Source: Chiloscyllium plagiosum
Taxonomy: Eukaryota
DNA: 51,396 nucleotides
Direction: 5' to 3'
Assembly (NCBI RefSeq): GCF_004010195.1
Contig: NC_057719.1
Coordinates: forward strand, 77,801,260-77,852,655
Shown: one piece after another, positions 49,703-51,396 of the stretch
How positions within the stretch are numbered: the first letter of the stretch is position 1
How the letters are laid out: every line of letters begins with the position of its first letter
Made by a program: the position numbers and the translations under genes
Notes under the pieces: generated by a model
Databases searched by the model: none
Seen by the model: the letters and a program-made list of their open reading frames with translations, nothing else
What the model was told of the DNA's origin: nothing

Positions 49703-50883
49703 AACCTAATGCCTGCAGAGCCAGTTTACGTTAGCATATATAGGGATTCTTTGATCCACATCAAAATTTAGACATTTTAAATCCAAAATCATTCCCTTAT
49801 CAGTGTGTCATTAGGCAGTCTGTAAGAGTTTCCATTCTCACATGATGGCAGCATTTATACCAAAGTCTTCTGGAAGAAGGTATAAAGGTATTGCTGCCCT
49901 CTTTGCAATGACAAGATTCGTCAAACTGATGTGCATTCATTTCAGTTTAAACTGCTACCAGTAGATGACTGTAATCTTTTATATACTGTCTGTATTAATA
50001 TCTACTAAAAACTTTTTTCAAAGACCATAAAATATTTTAATTTTCTATTGTATGTTCTTATTAGTCATCCACATGGCCTTTCAAATCCGAAATGAAGTCA
50101 ATATTAGGTTTAACTTGTATTTTCCATAAATTCCATGATTCAGCCTATGTTCAACTCACTTCTATCTGCTCTCAGTTGAGTTAAAATAAAATAGATGAAT
50201 TATGAGAACACTACCAATGGAATTGTACCTCTGTTTGTCTTGGGAAAAGTGAAGAAAATTCATACCAATGTGCAAGAAGACAGGAAGAGCACCATGTAAT
50301 TGGGAATAAAAAACCTTCTGCATTTCTCTGAAATACCAACTCCAAAATATAAAGAGGCTGAAATCAAACAGAAAATACTGGAAATACTCACAGGTCTGTC
50401 ATCCTCTGTGGACAGCAAAACAACATTAACATCGATGATCTTTCATCAGAACTCCTTCAGTTTTATGTAAGTAGGCTTGTTGACACCAGTGTGAGCACAG
50501 AGCCAGAGGGGATGAGTGCTAACAAACTTGTCCATTTATGGAGTGCATGGATTGTCTCCACCTGTCCTCCTGGTTCATTTACTACCAGTTTACTGCTACT
50601 ACTACGTTTTTCCTTATCTGAAAAATGAAATGGGGACGAGTCTTTTAGGCATTAATTTTTAAAAAAGAAATCTCTTTTGTAATGATACACCAAAAACCAT
50701 TCTTTTAAATATAATGAATCAAGTTGAGCAGACCTGTCTGGTCTCAATCTTAATCTAATCCTGGGAAGAACATTAACTAGAATATCGATGAAGTTAAAAA
50801 TCTCGCAACACCAGGTTATAGTCCAACAGGATCATTTGGAAATACTAGCTATTGGAGCTTTGCTCCTTCAGGTAGCTGTGGAG

Positions 50884-51084
50884 GATTAGATTCCCTACAG
50901 TATGGAAACAGGCCCTTCGGCCCAACAATTTCATACCGCCCCTCCAAAGATTAACCCACCCACATGCATTCCCCTACCCTATATTTCCCCCTGACTAATG
51001 CACCTAACACTATGGGCAATTTAGCATGGCCAATTCACCTGACCTGCACATCTTTGGACTGTGGGACGAAAACAGAGCACCGGA
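50884..51084 (-). mobile_element. HE1-like V-SINE, 3' part, interrupted by Penelope RT
   Basis: Matches 41735-41915; similarity stops at ...gagcaccgga where the Penelope RT frame begins. Confidence 0.85.
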
Positions 51085-51396
51085 GGCTATGTAGAGCAGT
51101 TGATCTTCCGTAATTACACCGGCACCACTCCCCACCTCTTTCTCTGCTACATTGATGACTGCATTGGTGCCACCTCGTGCTCCCGCGAGGAGGTTGAGCA
51201 ATTCATCAACTTCACCAACACATTCCACCCTGACCTTAAATTTACCTGGACCATCTCTGACACCTCCCTCCCCCTCCTGGACCTCTCCATCTCCATCAGT
51301 GACGACCGACTTGACACTGACATTTTATACAAACCCACCGACTCCCACAGCTACCTGGATTACACCTCTTCCCACCCTAACTCTTGCAAAAATGCC
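51085..51396 (+). mobile_element. Penelope-like RT fragment (runs off the window edge)
   Basis: Stop-free frame GYVEQLIFRNYTGTTPHLFLCYIDDCIGAT...FHPDLKFTWTISDTSLPLLDLSISI...LYKPTDSHSYLDYTSSHPNSCKNA, with YIDD and the PLE thumb motif. Confidence 0.9.

Overview
Repeat-rich vertebrate DNA, very likely from a shark (elasmobranch), judged from HE1-like V-SINEs, abundant CR1/HER1-type LINEs and Penelope-like elements. I could not support any host protein-coding exon. The main feature is a decayed but nearly complete endogenous retrovirus on the minus strand (~30632-39001). It has a full 3' LTR, a U3-truncated 5' LTR, a tRNA-Ser-like PBS, gag with a coiled-coil-like segment and two zinc knuckles, pro, pol (RT-tether-RNase H-IN) and env. 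Its RT motifs look spuma-like/snakehead-retrovirus-like (class III). Its Env TM subunit has a Cys-bounded internal fusion loop and a heptad region resembling ASLV TM, filovirus GP2 and reptarenavirus GP2. The rest of the window is nested mobile DNA: CR1, L2 and RTE LINE fragments, SINEs, Penelope-like elements carrying minimal hammerhead ribozyme cores (one intact), and a ~1 kb TGT...ACA element with ~85 bp inverted ends and a 4-bp TSD. All family assignments come from motif recognition by eye, with no database search, and boundaries of decayed repeats are approximate.
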